From Obrimoposthia wandeli (taxonomy: Eukaryota), in contig CDROCS010001086.1 of assembly GCA_977020255.1 (NCBI GenBank), positions 124,001 to 188,000 on the forward strand: a stretch of 64,000 bases of DNA. The letters are read 5' to 3'. Of this stretch, positions 37,300 through 52,489 are shown one piece after another. The translations under genes were made by a program, and so were the position numbers. The notes below the pieces were generated by a model. The model made no database searches and was not told the origin of the DNA. It saw only the letters and a program-made list of their open reading frames with translations. Position 1 is the first letter of the stretch. The number at the start of each line of letters is the position of its first letter.

Positions 37300-40100
37300 T
37301 CAGTACTCCAACCAAAACTACTTAAAACTTCAACTAGCTTTGAAACTACCCTGTCGTGGGAATCTTTGTTGTCATCATAAATGTTATGGCTTTGTGATCT
37401 GTTCTTAATAGTATTTTTACCACTCAATTTTTAAAAAAAATAAGAGTAAAAAGTTATACTCGTAATAGCTCTTTACGAGCTATACAATAACCAATTATGT
37501 GCTTACTCATGCTCTTCGATCCATATGCAATAAGCCTTTCATTTACATTTTCATCTAACAGTGACAAAACTACTACAATTGTGTCAAAAGCTTTATATTT
37601 TTGAAATTACGATGAACTGAACAAAACTTATTCAATATCTGCAGTTTTCTTCGCATTTCTCGTCCAAATCAATTCTTTCTCTGTGACTGTCGTCAAACCT
37701 TTCAATGACTTAGAGAAACTTGAATAATTTTGTATAAATTTCTTATAATTAATTGCAAGACCCAGAAACCTTCTTAAATGTTTCATATGCGTTGGTATCT
37801 TAAATTAAACTAATTACTTAAATTTTGTTCTGAACAGTCTTTATTCCTTCTACATTAATTGAACAAAAACTTCAGCTCATCAACACACTATTTACATTTT
37901 TCAGGACTAATTTTAAGTTTAGACTCGTTTATTCTTTCAAACAATTTTCACAATCTTATTTTGTATTCTTCAATAGTTTTGGAAAAAAATAAAATATCAT
38001 CCAGATAAACTAAAGCTTTATTCCAAATAAAAACTTTTAATATTATAGTCATTATTTTTGAAACGTCGAAGGAGTTGCAGCTATAGATAAAGGCATTCTG
38101 TTTTTACATTTTGTCCACATCATCTTCCTTGGAATATTTTTTAAGAACATAAATTACAAACTTCAATTTTCATATTTTTATTCACTCATACTTTTGTACA
38201 ATAAGTAATTGATTCAGCAAATTGATTAATTTCCTGGAGTAGTGATTGGCCAATTAAGGTCAGGTTATTTGTTAAATGTGAGTTGTAATATAATAGCTAG
38301 GCCTAAGTGATGTAAATAACAAGGTTGTTTTCAATTGTGATTTGAAAAATATGAGTATTGAAGATTTTAATTTATGTTTTCACATAGTATGTCAAGAAGG
38401 ACTGTACATTTGTCTGTAATGATTCAAATACTTTCCGTCTATGTGGAAAAAAATATGTAAGACCAGATACATTGTTTAATAAAAACTAAAGATGTCAACA
38501 TTACGTAAGTTATTGCTCTGAGGTCAACAAGTCAATTTTTTTGATGCCCATGATGTTATAAAAGCATCAAAATTTACTAAAAAAACAAGAAAGAGGTAAT
38601 TTTCATAAATATTTGCGCAGTAATAACTACATTGACATGGTATCATGTAAAAATTTGTATAACTAAAAAATATCATGAAAATATGAAATATTGAGGTAAT
38701 ATATCAAGGATTTGATATCAAAATTATCTGGGCAAGAAATAGGGCTGTTATTTTATATTAAAAATTTGTATGTATTTAAATCAAAACTTACTGAAGAAAT
38801 TTCTTCTAAATTCGTATTTACCTGAAAAAAAAGTTACGTAAACGAAGAAAAAGTTTCAAAAAATGCTTAGTTAGTTAGTAATAAGGATAAATTAAAAAAT
38901 TATAAATTTTTAAATTAAATTAACATTTATTACAAGTAAAAATTAATATTTTTAAAAAATAAAATTTACAAGAAAAATGAAATTTATATATAATATTGAA
39001 GAACATCTCGTAAATTCAATTTACAATGAAGTGCGTTTAAATATATATGCTGAATTGGGAAATTCAACAACTTTTTCTTATTATATAAAAATCAATACAC
39101 CAAATCAAAAATTGAAACTAAAAATAAGCCTTTTATTAAATCAATCATAAGTTTAAATTTTTAGCATTTCATTAGTCACAACTGCTTAATAACGAAGAAT
39201 ATATTCAATTACATTTCTAAATAACTGCTTCCTAAGACCTTTCTTGTTCAAGTCGTGTCAAAGCATATTTATATTCTTTCTATTAACTCAGTAAACCTAT
39301 GTTAGTCATTACTCTCGCAATGGAGTTTTTAAAATATTTTTTCACATCATTCAATATATTTTGATACAGCTTTTTCACTCCACCATATATCCATTCTAGT
39401 CTATACATTTCCACGTTTTACACGTCTTCGAAAGTCCCAAATTTTCTAATAACTTGAGGCTCACGTCCCAAAAACTTATTCAGATTAAAACGTTTCTTCG
39501 TCCTGTCAACCACTACATTTTCAATCTATACGTAAAATGTTTATTTCCAACTTGATTATTTGCAGGACTGTCCATTAAATATTGGTATTGTTAACTTTCT
39601 TAATTTAGGTAAACGTTTTCTCAACTTCTACTTGAACTCATGGACGGTCCCCGTCTTTCTATTTCTATTTATGTATGTTGTGTATTTTGGCGACAAATCC
39701 TATCCTGTATATTTTTGATCTTATCTAAATCTTTCTTTAACTCCTCCTTCCTGTCTTCTTCCTTCAACTTTATGGCCATCTGCAATAGTTGATTTGCCTC
39801 TTTGTATTATAGTCATAATCCAAAATATCAATTTCAACTTCTTTGACTGTTCTAAAGGCTTGCGTCGCTAAATTACGTATTTTTGTGAGTTGCTTTATAA
39901 TAATCATTTTCTCATCATTACTTTACTTAACTCCTCTTTGTTTCCCTCTTTCAATTTTAATAATAAATTAATGGTGCTTCCTCTATTGACTCCGTAATCG
40001 ATCAGCATTGTAATACGTGTAAGACCCTACCTTCAAAAGTAAGTTTTGTTTATCTAATGAAATATCCTTTTATTATCCATTTTTGCTTGAATACTCTCAA
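37300..40100 (-). pseudogene. Heavily decayed Gypsy-type gag-pol remnant
   Basis: On the minus strand: MLIDYG (~39990, protease-like), RMPLSIAATPSTFQKIM (~38050-38100), ALVYLDDI (RT YLDD at 37996-38007) and LIAYGSKSMSKH...RKELL (RNase H, ~37460-37540). Confidence 0.8.
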
Positions 40101-43100
40101 CATATATATTTGAAAAGGCCTTTATCTTTGTGTTGCCAGCCAACGTTTTCACGAATATCTGTAGGTTCTCAACTCTAACATTATAAAATGACAGTTATGG
40201 TTTCAAATATATATTATATATCGCCAGGCATGATTTCAATAAGTTCATTTATTTCTAAATTTTGACTTGATTTAGACGTTCTAATAAGCGACGTTAAAAA
40301 AATACATGTTAATCATCGTTTATTACTACTATAACTGAAGAATCTAAATTAATTAAAAGGAAATTAAATACTAAAATAAAAAATTATATTTTGTTTGTTT
40401 AAAAATTTTAAAAAACTTTGTTACTTTTCTTTATTTTAATAATAATTTCTGTGTATTTCAATTATTAATATTTAATTTGTTTTAAATTAATTTTATTTTT
40501 AAGATTAATTAATCATATTAGTAAAAATATAATTTATAAAGATGTTACTTATTATCAAAAAGTGTATTCTCATACAAAAGCCAAAATATTTATATGATCT
40601 TCTCGACCATGATGTAGTTAACATTTATATGCACCTTAGGAGCAACGATGATGACTGCAGATTGGTCAAAAAATTATCAAATAACTGAGTAATGTAAATT
40701 TTGAAATGTATGCTCCAAATCTTTACATCAATTTACCGATTATATAAGAAACTGTAACAATGTTGAACAATTCAAGCAACTGAAAAAAATCACTAATCTG
40801 AAAATATTATAAAACATAATGGAAAACAGAAAGTACTTTAGAGTGAAAAAATCATGGACTCTTTATAAATTAGAGTTATATTAATGGTGTGGTTTTTTTA
40901 AAGCAAGAAAATAAGAACAAAATTTTTAGATAAAACGTGGATTTATTGGAGCTTTAGGAGATTTATCTGCTTTCACTATTTCGACATTTTAACTAATTTT
41001 TATTAAACTAAGCGTTCAAATTCAAAAATTTATCTTGTTACTGAGGTTAAAATAAACATACGGTTAATCACAAATACAAAACAAAATAACCGATTTATTA
41101 TCTTCTTCAAGGTCATTCTAAAGTACATAAAAATTTATCTTAATAACGTTAGTATGATATTTACTAACAAAATAAAGTATAATATTAAAGAAAAATTCTG
41201 GAAAATGGAATATTTATTTAAATGGGAGAACCACCATGCACAGATGTCAAATTAAATTACTCCTATGTAAATTTGATTAAGATATCGGAGAAAATGCAAT
41301 ATTTCATCAAAATTGTTCCAACTCAGGTTTTGGAATCCTAATCATTTAACATAATTTGATTTAGGATATTTATATACTTAGTATATTTCTAAACCTCATA
41401 TCACAATATGACAATTATTACCCTGAGAAAACTTATTTGGGTGAGAATTATGACGATGTGATTATGTGATTTGGATGAAACCATAACTAAATCAATCTAA
41501 CTAGACATCAGACGCTTCTTTACTGTACGAGCTTTGTGAAATCTATTTAATTAAAACAATAAAAACACGTCGTTTGTTTATTGTTTAATTTTTGTTTGAA
41601 ATCACCTCTATCTTGATAGTTTACACAAAACCCATGTTCGATAGAAAAATGAAAGCACATATAATAGAAGAAATCAACCATCCGATTTCAATAAAAATAT
41701 ATTTTACGCATGTCAACTTAAAAGCAAAAATTTATTTGTTAATTAAGTTTTCAATTTTGTATGATACCTCTTAATCATTCACTGTTGAATTGGGCATCAA
41801 GTTTATTGGGGAATTTTTGAAAAATTGTATCATTTAAATGTTTACATTATAAAAAATCATCGTTTATTGGTGCACAATAAGTTGTAAATTAAAATCCAAT
41901 TAAATTATATGATGATATATTTATTTAAATCTTTTAGAATTTTTATAAAAATTGAAGATTTTTACTTAAACATTTTCTTAAAATCCTTATTTGATTTTTG
42001 TTTAAAAATTCTTCAGTAAAGTCTTCATGTAAGTTAGTAAGTTATACCTTAAAGAATTGTACTTTATTGAGAAACCTTTGAGGATTAAACAACAAAAATG
42101 AAATATTGCTCAAACGTAAAGATAAAAGTTAAAAAAAACCACCACAAATGTGCAAAAGTTATAGGGTTTCAAATCTACATTAACACGTATTCAACGTATT
42201 GCTTTTTATGAAATTTTATAAATAAACATTTTTAAAAATTATAAAAATAACGGATCTTTCAACAGATTTTTACAAACTTAATCTAGGTCTTTGTCGTCGA
42301 AATAAAATAGGTATTTAACTAATTTCAAATAAATAAATTGATGTAAAATCACACTAATGGCCCCATATTGGCATATAAGATATTCGAAATATAAAAAGTA
42401 AGATACAAAAGTACATAAAAATCAGTATACATTTGTACAAAATTCGACATATTAATGAAATAGCAATATGAATGAAATTAAGTCGGGTAAAGATTAATGG
42501 ATATATAACTGATGCTATATTATTTGAATATAAGAGTAACATAACCCCGATTAAAAGGTTACAGGCATCTCAGTGAAAATAGTAGTAATTTAAAGTAAAA
42601 TAAAGAACAATTGTTGCGTTCTCGATGAAAATATTAAAATGAACTGTCAAATTAAAAAAAGTGATAAAAACCAGTCATAACGAAAAGAATATTTAATAAA
42701 AAAAAGCTTAAATACTGAGATAGCTACGATGTTAACGCATGTAATTTATATATCAAGACTTGATTTATAAAATTCTTTACTTTTTTATATTCCAGTTATC
42801 ACTTGAAATATTTGAAATTTATGCTACAATTGTTTACATATTAAATTTCGTTTCATATGACGAGTACACCACGTTTTACTGGATCTGAAGCAGTTAATGA
42901 CATACAAAACATTTAAACGAATAACTTTGCAATAATCCATTCATCCATATTTGAGCTTCCTATGGATCTACTTTAATAATTTGGCTTTGATTTCAGTTTG
43001 ATCATCGTCGTGTAGAGCATTTAGGCATTCTTGAACCTCCTTCGGTGTTACATCAAACTCGCTAGATGCTGCTATAATGCAAAAGGTTTGCGTGTTTATA

Positions 43101-44929
43101 CGTCGAGAAATATCATAATATGATATGGAATTTATTAAATGTTAATATATTTGTTGCAACATAGTTTTTGTTAACTTGTTGAATAAAAAGGCAAATATAT
43201 AGTTGAAAGTAACTTACTTCAAATACGTCTTTATCCATAACCAAGGCCATGTCTTCAGAATTTAGCTAAAAGTATAAAGCTCTAAATAGTTGCAAATTAT
43301 ATTTATTTGACAAGAATTAAAAGATGTGAAAAGATAAATACAAAAATGTTTCTCAATGATCCAAAAAATAAAGAGTAGTATGAGGCATTGTCCTTTCTCA
43401 AATAAAAACAATTAGTCGAAAATAAAATACATAAAAATTATTGACAAATAAAAGTTTATTTAAAATAAAATTTTGTTTTAAATTTGAGTTTATACATATC
43501 AACAAATATTTTACCCATTTAATCGACTGAAATAGGTCTAGATGCAGTTTTCAGTTTAATGAAAGATGAAATCTTAGACTCAGCATTTCAAATAGATAAA
43601 TCGCATAGAAAGAAAAGTGATCTTGTTAACCTTGTTCAGTTTCAGTAGTTTCATATTTTAGTCAATCATTGAGTTCCATCATTATCTTCACCAACTGTTT
43701 TGTCACGTTTCTATGTTAAAATGCATAAAATACAAGTTATTTTCTAAACTTTTATATTATTTTCCAGATACAACATCTAGAAAATGAAAAAAAGGCAACA
43801 ACATTTTTTTGAAGAAAAACTTGAAAAAAAAACGTTTTTTTGAGTTTAACGATTTTAAACTACTTCTACTTCATTAACCAAACACTGCATTATGATAGAC
43901 ATTTTCAAAAATTACACGAATGTATAATTACATCAAAATGGGGGTTAAAATCAAAGAAATTATTTTTCCCCAAATCAATAAAAATAATTTTAATTTCTGT
44001 AGTCGCGTTGTTTATTAATAAATGATAAATAAAAGAAGAATTAAGACAGATAGTAGGGCCGAAAAAAAGATATTTATAAAGATATTGAAGTATTTTCCGT
44101 ACTCGTTCTGTTTCATTTACTCAGTCAACGGGTTACATTTTTCCATTTCAGATTTTAAGAAGATATAAAATATTAGAGTTTGATGAACTGTAATAATTAT
44201 TTATTTTCAAAAATTAAAATTATAAACCATCATATTATTAAATATAAGTAAATGTAAAAAATCAAGTTCGAAATTTGTAAATGTTTTTAAAAGACACCAA
44301 AATTTACACTACACTATCAATACAGATATTAGAGGATTATTTTAAAAGTCGAAAATTTAATCATAAATCCAAATTTTTCTTCATAAAATGAACGTAACGC
44401 AATAAATATTTTTTACAGGTTCAGAAAAGACTTTATAAAAATAGATATCACGATAAAATCATTCAGAAATATTTAAAATTAACGAGAAACAGCTCAATTC
44501 TGAAACCATGTGAAATATAATTTATGTACTGGAGAAAACAGCAAGACCAATTGTCAAATATGACAGGGTTCAAAGGGAAATTAATGATGACGAGAAACGA
44601 ATTTGAGATAGAAACATAAAATGATGATCTAACCAATGTCAAAACCAATAAAAATGAGAAGTAAATAAAATATTATCTAGAAACAGAAGTGTCAAATAAA
44701 GAAGCAGATATCAAAACAGAAATTTAATTAAATATCGAAATTTATAATATTATGTAAAATTAAGGAAAAAGGTGTCAATTTAAAAATAATTTAAACCCAT
44801 AAAATAATTGCAGAGTTTAAAAATATTTCGGAACAGAGCGATACTACAAAAGAAAAACGTGGATAACACAGGACATTTACATTATAATTCATATTTAGTT
44901 TAAATGAGTTTCCAAAAGTTTCCAATATG

Positions 44930-45633
44930 TAAGAAAGGATTTAAATAAACTAATAAAGCACTTATTTTAATACAACTTATGTATTTTTTCCGTGATTCAA
45001 AGCTTACAAAATCTTGAACTTACTTCGATATCGGTTACATTTTGCCGCTAAATGAAAACAATATACATTTATATATACACTTCAATTCAAAAAATGTATT
45101 TTCATGCTTTCAACGTTATTATCTAAAATTATTAATATTGGGAAAAATATGAAAATAAAAGTAGCTAGAGCCGCTGTTATTCAACCTTTTCGAGACTGTA
45201 ACCCATTTTACTTACTGGAACAATGCAATGTACCACTTATGTTAATAACCGAATAAGTATGTAATTCAAATTAATTGTCGGTTAAATAAGAAAGGATTTA
45301 AATGAAACTAAGAAATGCACTTATTTTAATACAACTTTTGTATTTTTTCGTGATTCATAGTTTACAAAATCTTGAACTTACTTCGATATCGGTTACATTT
45401 TGCCGCTAAATGAAAACAATATACATTTATATATACACTTCAATTCACAAAATTTATTTTCATGCTTTCAACGTTATTATCTAAAATTATTAATATTGCA
45501 AAATATATGGAAATAAAAGTAGCTAGAGCCGCTGATTTCAACCTTTTCAGGACTGTAACCCATTTTATTTACTGGAACAATGCAATGTACCACTTATGTT
45601 AATAACCGAATAAGCATGTAAATCAAATTAATT
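44930..45633 (+). repeat. Head-to-tail tandem duplication, period ~357-358 bp
   Basis: TAAGAAAGGATTTAAAT occurs at 44930 and 45287, and CTTCGATATCGG at 45023 and 45381. Scattered substitutions separate the copies. Confidence 0.95.
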
Positions 45634-46289
45634 ATGTAAATAATTTTCTTGAAAATTTAAAAATCCATTTTACATTTGAATATAACATGTGAAATATAAA
45701 GTGTATAGCATGTAAAACCAAATGTTAATTATTTACTTTTTATCAGTATTGAAATTTTATTTTTGTCACATAACAAATTGTGTATTTTAGTTGTTAAGTG
45801 CAGTGAATTATTTTGTAATATTGTACAATGGGCATTTATAAAACACTACATGAAGTGTCATACAAAACATGCATCACGGAGAGCTCAGGGTTCATTCCCT
45901 GTTTAGCAGCACAAAAGTACTTATATTCTGCAAATTTGACTATTACTAGTGTTGTTTCATCGAAATTCTTTTTATTTTGTATCTATTCTTGCACAGAAAT
46001 TAGACTTGATGTGGAATAAAATATATATGGTTATTCAAATTAAAACATAAAATATATAATGTTTAATTTGACATTTAAATGATTAATAACACTTTATTTA
46101 CCTATAGTAATCTAAACAATAATAAAACGAAAAAAAATGTACATACTTTATTTTTATTCTGAAATTAACAAAATTAATCTTGCTTTGATTTAAATAATAG
46201 AGCTTTAATTTTAAGCTTATCTTTATTTTTAAAAAATTAAAATAAATTTTCAGTGTTATGAAATTAATAATTCAACCTTAATTTTCATA

Positions 46290-46620
46290 TACAATGTGAA
46301 CGAAAATGTGAATCTTACAGTTTTGCCTCCCAAAATGACTTCACTATTGTAACCTATGGATCAGGAAGTGATTCCCACATTGAAGGCACACTACCTTCAG
46401 CGAAGTAATCAAAAACATGTGGAAAAAATTCAATAAATCTAATAGAATTATGGAAATACTTTGACATAAAAAGTACATTTGAAAACATCAACGAAGTTTA
46501 GAGTAAAGTTACAGAAAGCAACATGAAAGCTGCATGGAATTTTTTTTCTCCTTATGCAAATAATTTCCAAAAATTGGAAGCTGAAGTGAATCCTTTATAG
46601 CAAAAATTACTGAAATTGTA
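46290..46620 (+). pseudogene. Tigger/pogo DDE_1 transposase remnant
   Basis: LPPKMTSLL*PMDQEVIPTLKAHYLQR corresponds to the Tigger motif LPPNTTSLxQPMDQGVIxxxKAxY. Confidence 0.85.
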
Positions 46621-47749
46621 CCAGATCTAGGAAAAATAATAGGTGGATATCTCAATGTTGAGTGTGTAATGAAGGTGCGTCGAGAAATAGACCGTGCAAT
46701 TGTCTGTTTTAGAGTGATGCATGTCAAAAATAAAATAAAAATGCAAAGTAAGCAAGTTTGTTAGAATATTTAAATAAAAATTAAACGATTTCCTCATTTT
46801 TTTGAACGCAGGCTGCCGCAATAAAAATAGTTTAATTTAAATGCTTCGTTTTACTTATTTCTTATCATTTCAAAAATTATTTATCATATTTCAGCGCCCA
46901 TACCATATATTTCAGGATTTATAGTTCCAGATAATTGCAGTTTCGGCTATTGCAGTTAGCTTCGTGGAAGCGAGGACTGCAATAACTGGGATATTTATGT
47001 ATTTCATATATAATGAATTTAGAAAATACTTTATAAAATCAAAAAGGTATTAAATACTTAAGCTGAACAAACATATTTTTTTCAATCTAAATAATTTAGA
47101 TTGTTACAAAATAATGTTTAAACGGCACCAAATTAATGAAGAATACAATATTTAAAAACATCAAAAACATGTATTATAGTAGTATAATAGTAAAAATAAA
47201 TGTGGTATTAATATTCATTTAACATATTCACTTAAATTTTAGTATGATAATTTGTTGGCTTCTTAGAGCAGTATGCTTGAGAATTATCTAGTTTGCAATG
47301 TTTACTTATTTTCTCAAAAGTCGATAAAAATTTAATTTTAAATATAAATATAACCTTTTGAATTAATGATCTCTATGCGGAAGCAATAAGCATTTCACCA
47401 GTTATTTAGATATACACTTGCACAAAGTCTGCCGATTTTTGGATATATTAATAAAAGTTTAATTGAACATTTATACAATACATTTAATTTATACAAATTA
47501 TGGTGGTATTTAAAAATTCAAACATTTGTATTTAAACAAATCTATATTAAATAAGAGCTCACATAGAAAATTAGTTTAGTGCAATTAATATGTAAATATG
47601 ACCATAATTATTTGGTACACACATTTCACGACGATTTTAAACGTTTTGAGAGCTCGTATGACTATGTCAATTTTTCACACCTTTAAGCTAGCTTTGGTGA
47701 CTTGTAAACGTTATATCTTAAGTAGCACCACAACCGAAAATCATTGATT

Positions 47750-48300
47750 GTGAAATCTGGGATATGAGGAAATCATTCTATAGGACCTGACCTTCTAATG
47801 CAGTTATTTTTTAATTCAAATACTCAGCATTTCTTGAATAACCCATGTTAAATAAACTGGAGCTCGATATTGCGGGTCAATATGATGAATATATCCAGTA
47901 GTAAACAGAGTAGGAATAATCAAATTTGGAATTATTTCCCCATAACAAACTCCATTTATAGTTTCAAAAAAGATTTGGGAATCATTACCCAAGTAGTCAG
48001 TAAATTTAATTTTAGAAGTTACGCTATGAATCAGTGCTCATTCTCAAAAGTAATGACAGTTCTAAAAGTTAATATTATCATTAATGTGGAGCATTACTTC
48101 GTCACCGAATATTATTATTTTCATGCAATGTCTACCCCGACTGATAACCAGTTGAAGGTAGTCATCGTACTTCAATTACTGCACCATTTTGAATTTGTAT
48201 GCCTTTTAACCCTGGTCTTTAATAATAGTATTGACAAAACCCAAAGAAATATTGAACTGTCCGGAGGCCTTTATTTCGAAAAGCTGTGATAATATTTTCC
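47750..48300 (-). pseudogene. Tc1/mariner-superfamily transposase remnant (xFSDEAHFHLxGxVN type)
   Basis: The minus strand reads AYKFKMVQ*LKYDD (after a frameshift) and IIFGDEVMLHINDNINF*NCHY. Confidence 0.6.
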
Positions 48301-50263
48301 TTTGATTAATCTGGAATTTTATTCACACAAAAATACAATTTGGATTTTGGTAAAACAGTCTTCATTAAACCGTTTATTTATTTCTCGTAAAGTTCTCGCA
48401 AGTGGAGTTTCCAATTTATTATCTTCTTGCAACAACCATCGAGTTTTCTGACAATCATATATAATGGAGTTGCCAATTATCGTTGCAATTTCTTGGATAA
48501 TTCATGATATAAGTTGCAGCATAAAATCAATGTTCATTTAAACTAGACTGTAAGAAATATTATTAATATTGAGATTCATAAATTGAAAATTTACCAGTGC
48601 CTGAAAACCTTTTTACAATTTTCTGTTTTGGCATTGTTTAATTTTAATATAATCTTTTTTCTGCAATCTTATTACTGTTTATAAATAAATTGCAATAATA
48701 TTATCGAATTTTAATATATTGGCATAAACAACAAATTTACATTAATATACATTTTAATTTTTATATTTTTTACATTTATTATCTCAACAATGACAATGCC
48801 CTAATGACAATTATTTTGCTTGTGTACGTAACAAATTCAGTAAACGTGTGCTGCATCGGTAAAATGAATATGTTTCACAAAGTTATCATTCATTTCAATG
48901 ATTCGATTAGTGAACGCAGATCTCAAAGTTGATGGAGAACAGGCATCAGCCCATGAACAGCAAGGTTTCTTATTGGTTAAATATTCTTAACTGAACTTTT
49001 AACTGCGGTAGAAAATCTAATCTTTGAAAACTTTAAGATTCTGTTTGAAAGGCAACATTTTCTTCAAACTGCGACACGTAACCAGAATATCTCATATAAA
49101 TTTTAAACTGTGGATTCGTTTGATATATCGTCTTTAGTTTTGATATTATTTTCTGTAAAATATTTGCATACTTATAATGTTGCACTACAACGAAATTACT
49201 GGTGTTGTTCACTGAGGATTGACATGTTAAATTTTAATTAATTGATCGTTGACGTAACAATATAAAATATTGATTTAAATATTTAGTTTAGATTTGGTAA
49301 AAAGTTTAAATGAATCCCAATTAATTAAACTCTCTGTTTTATAATGTTTGACAAAGATTATGTAAAATAAAATCTGATGATGAATTCTAGACGACTTTTA
49401 GGCTCGTTCCAGACCTAAAATCAGCTTTCTTATAAGTAACAGTTGTAATCATTTTAATACTTTAATTAATGTTATTATTTGGGTGACTTTTAAAATTATA
49501 ATTCAAAATATAAATAATTTCAGATTTCGTTATTTAATTCAGTAATGAATATAACAAATCTGAATCAATTTTTATAATTTTTTATATAAGTTCATATACA
49601 ATGTATTTGAAAGTTATTTCAACCATGATTTAACAGCGTAATTTATTGTAAAACATTGATTCAAATTCTAAAGTATATTAATAAAAAAATCCAGACTTAA
49701 AATAAATATATAAAATAAATAAATATAAATCCAAAATGTAATATCACTTTACATAAAATAATAAACTGTTTACCTTTCTAAAATTCTGAAAACACAAATT
49801 CACAAATTAATCAACATAAAAACGTAGTTCAACTAACTTCTTTCAATAACAAAATTCAAATTTTCTATAGATTAGTTAAGCATTAGTGATTAAATAAATA
49901 TAAAAATACCCTTTCTATAAATTTTGAAGCACGTCTAACATTATATGATTTAAAACTATTACATATTTAAAACTTTCATACAAGTACAAATATAATGATA
50001 GAAAAGTTTTTTTAAATAAGTAAAAATAATTTTATTCTTCATAAATTTTGATGATTTGTGAAATAGAAAAATGCTAAACACGTATATGAACATCATTAAG
50101 ACAATTTATTTCAAATTGATTAATTATTGAAATATCCTTCTTTCAAATACATGCATACATCGTTTTATTCATGCTTTATTGAATAAAGTGACCTTTTTTT
50201 ATTAAGAGTAGCTCAATGTTTAAGAATATCTTCTAAGGTCAATATTAGAGTTGTCGACCATTT

Positions 50264-50900
50264 TTATAAACATGCTGTGTGAGTAATCCCTAGAAATTTT
50301 ATATTGGCTTCTGATCTTGGAGGACTCAGCCATTTCACGACATTGATATTTTCGTTTTCCAGATATTCAATAGTCGATTTTGACAAATTCAGTGGGGCAT
50401 TATATTGAGCAGTATCAAGCTTCACAGTAATCCTCTCTTCTGTATGGAGTACGTCTTCATAACTTTCACTATTCAAGTTTCCTTTAATGAAGTGCCTTTC
50501 TGAACTTGTATTGCCGCACATGGGAATCCGAAACTATTAACGAACATCCAGTTTGTTGTCGACTTCTAGATAAACTATTTTCCTGAAATTGTGTCATTAA
50601 TAACTTGCAAAATCTGTCCATCTAGCGTTTCTTGTCTCAAAATCAAACTTTTATGACATGATATTTTACAAAATGTCATCTATTTTCAGCATGGTATTGC
50701 TGTCTTGGTAAGGTTTTAATTTATCTTTATTTGATTTCCAACATGTTCAAGGTTCTTTATATTCTATGCCTAAACGCATCAACATTTGGGCCATTCATCA
50801 TGATGCTAGCACGTAACTGAAATACAAGGAAGACTTCTTACACGTATTTTGCCTCTTTCATTTAGTTAAGATTTATTTCCTTCACAATTTGACTCAGTGA
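50264..50900 (-). pseudogene. Tc1-like (DDE_3) transposase remnant
   Basis: ORF 50264..50521: HFIKGNLNSESYEDVL...QYNAPLNLSKSTIEYLENENINVVKW corresponds to Tc1 LxFIEGxLNSxxY...QDNAPxHxSKxTxxWL...IxVLxW. Confidence 0.75.
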
Positions 50901-52312
50901 AGAGATTTGAAACGTAATTCTATATAATGATGAATCCTTTCGGCTATATTCGTGAAGGCCATTCCATCTTCTTTCAACCATTTCTAATGATTAAATTTTT
51001 TTGACCAATCTTTCTAAATAATAATTGAAATCATTTTAATTTCACTTACATTCCTAATATTTACTGAATTTACGTCAAATTTGTTATAATATTTATTTTA
51101 TTTTTTTTTCGACAAATTTGATATTTTGATTTGTCGTATGTGAAAATAATTTATTCTTCTGAAAATTTTATTTAGTTTCTTACTTAAATAATATAATGCA
51201 TTTAAAGCGCATATTTTACAACCGTTTACTTGCATCAAAATGTTCAAAATAGTCATGTTTCTATTTTAATAATCACTACTGTCAATAACTAAATGACAAT
51301 AAATTTAAAAATTATGTTGTTATGTTTTAAAAATTATCCTGGCAACAGAAGTAGTACATAGAATTGAAAATTATAAGCATGTTTATTCAGATTAAAGTTA
51401 GTTTATTATTTGAAATTTTATTAAATGAATAAATAATTTTTACAAAAGCATAATACATAATAAAAATATTTTTTCTGGAAATTATTTCTTTTAGTAATGA
51501 AAGGAGCTTTTGTGATTTAAATTAAATGAAATAAACTTTGTTAATCCTTATTCAAGTATAAATCATATATGCTTTTGAAATAAAAATTAATAAAATAACC
51601 TTAAGAAAAGTAATTGGAAAAATATCAAAATATGTAAAGATATTTAATAGATTATATATATGTTTAAATAAATCATGAAACTATACCCACCATGCAAAAT
51701 GCTTTACCATAACGGAAAAATCAACGTAAATCCAACAAGTTATACTTCAAAAAGTACGTTATAAAGAAAGAAACAAAGTGAAAGACGATAATTTGAGAAA
51801 ATAGAGACAATTTCCCTAGTATTCAATAAAATTATCTGCAAAGACGAACTAATGGAAATATTTTAACGATATAAATTTTTGAAAAGGTTAGAAATAATAA
51901 AGCTTTTTATGATTTGTAAAATTATCAAATTCACTTACATTTTTCGGACGAGTGTACTGAAAAGATTGGAAAATAATGGTTCAATATCACACATTTGATT
52001 ATTTTATAAATTATAAGTAGCAAAGAAAGGTTCAAGATAATGAATTTTGTGCTATTTTGTTCTTTAAGCCATTTTTAAATTCATAAACTACCTTAACAAT
52101 ATTTTAATGTACATTAGTTTGTTTGTTTAAGTTTAATGATCATATATAATACCTACAAGGTTTTAAATCAGATCATTCAAAAAAAGAAAATTACATTTAA
52201 ATATAGATAAGAAATGAATGAATGAAGTTTGAAAATTATGAAAATCAGTGGTAGACTACAAATATTGATTTTATAATTTCATTTATTTACAGTTTGCTTG
52301 GTATTCCTTTAA

Positions 52313-52489
52313 AGATTATCATGTTTTTGCTTCCCTCATGCATAGCTTTCATGTGTTTTTTATTTTTATTTTTTGGACAATCTGTAAATATTTTAGTAAA
52401 TATTTAGATTATCATGTTTTTGCTTCCCTCATGCATAGCTTTCATGTGTTTTTTATTTTTATTTTTTGGACAATCTGTAAATATTTTAG
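52313..52489 (+). repeat. 84-bp tandem duplication with a 9-nt junction insert
   Basis: 52313-52396 and 52406-52489 are identical; the spacer TAAATATTT copies the adjacent end of the unit. Confidence 0.92.

Noticed and set aside
42860-43090. Minus-strand peptide EFDVTPKEVQECLNALHDDD...IHRKLKYG, possibly an integrase zinc-finger region or a host exon
   Set aside because: It contains two in-frame stops, has no clear splice sites and the motif match is too weak.
47870-48289. 139-aa plus-strand ORF
   Set aside because: It is antisense to a Tc1/mariner-type transposase remnant, starts on a non-ATG codon and has no motif.
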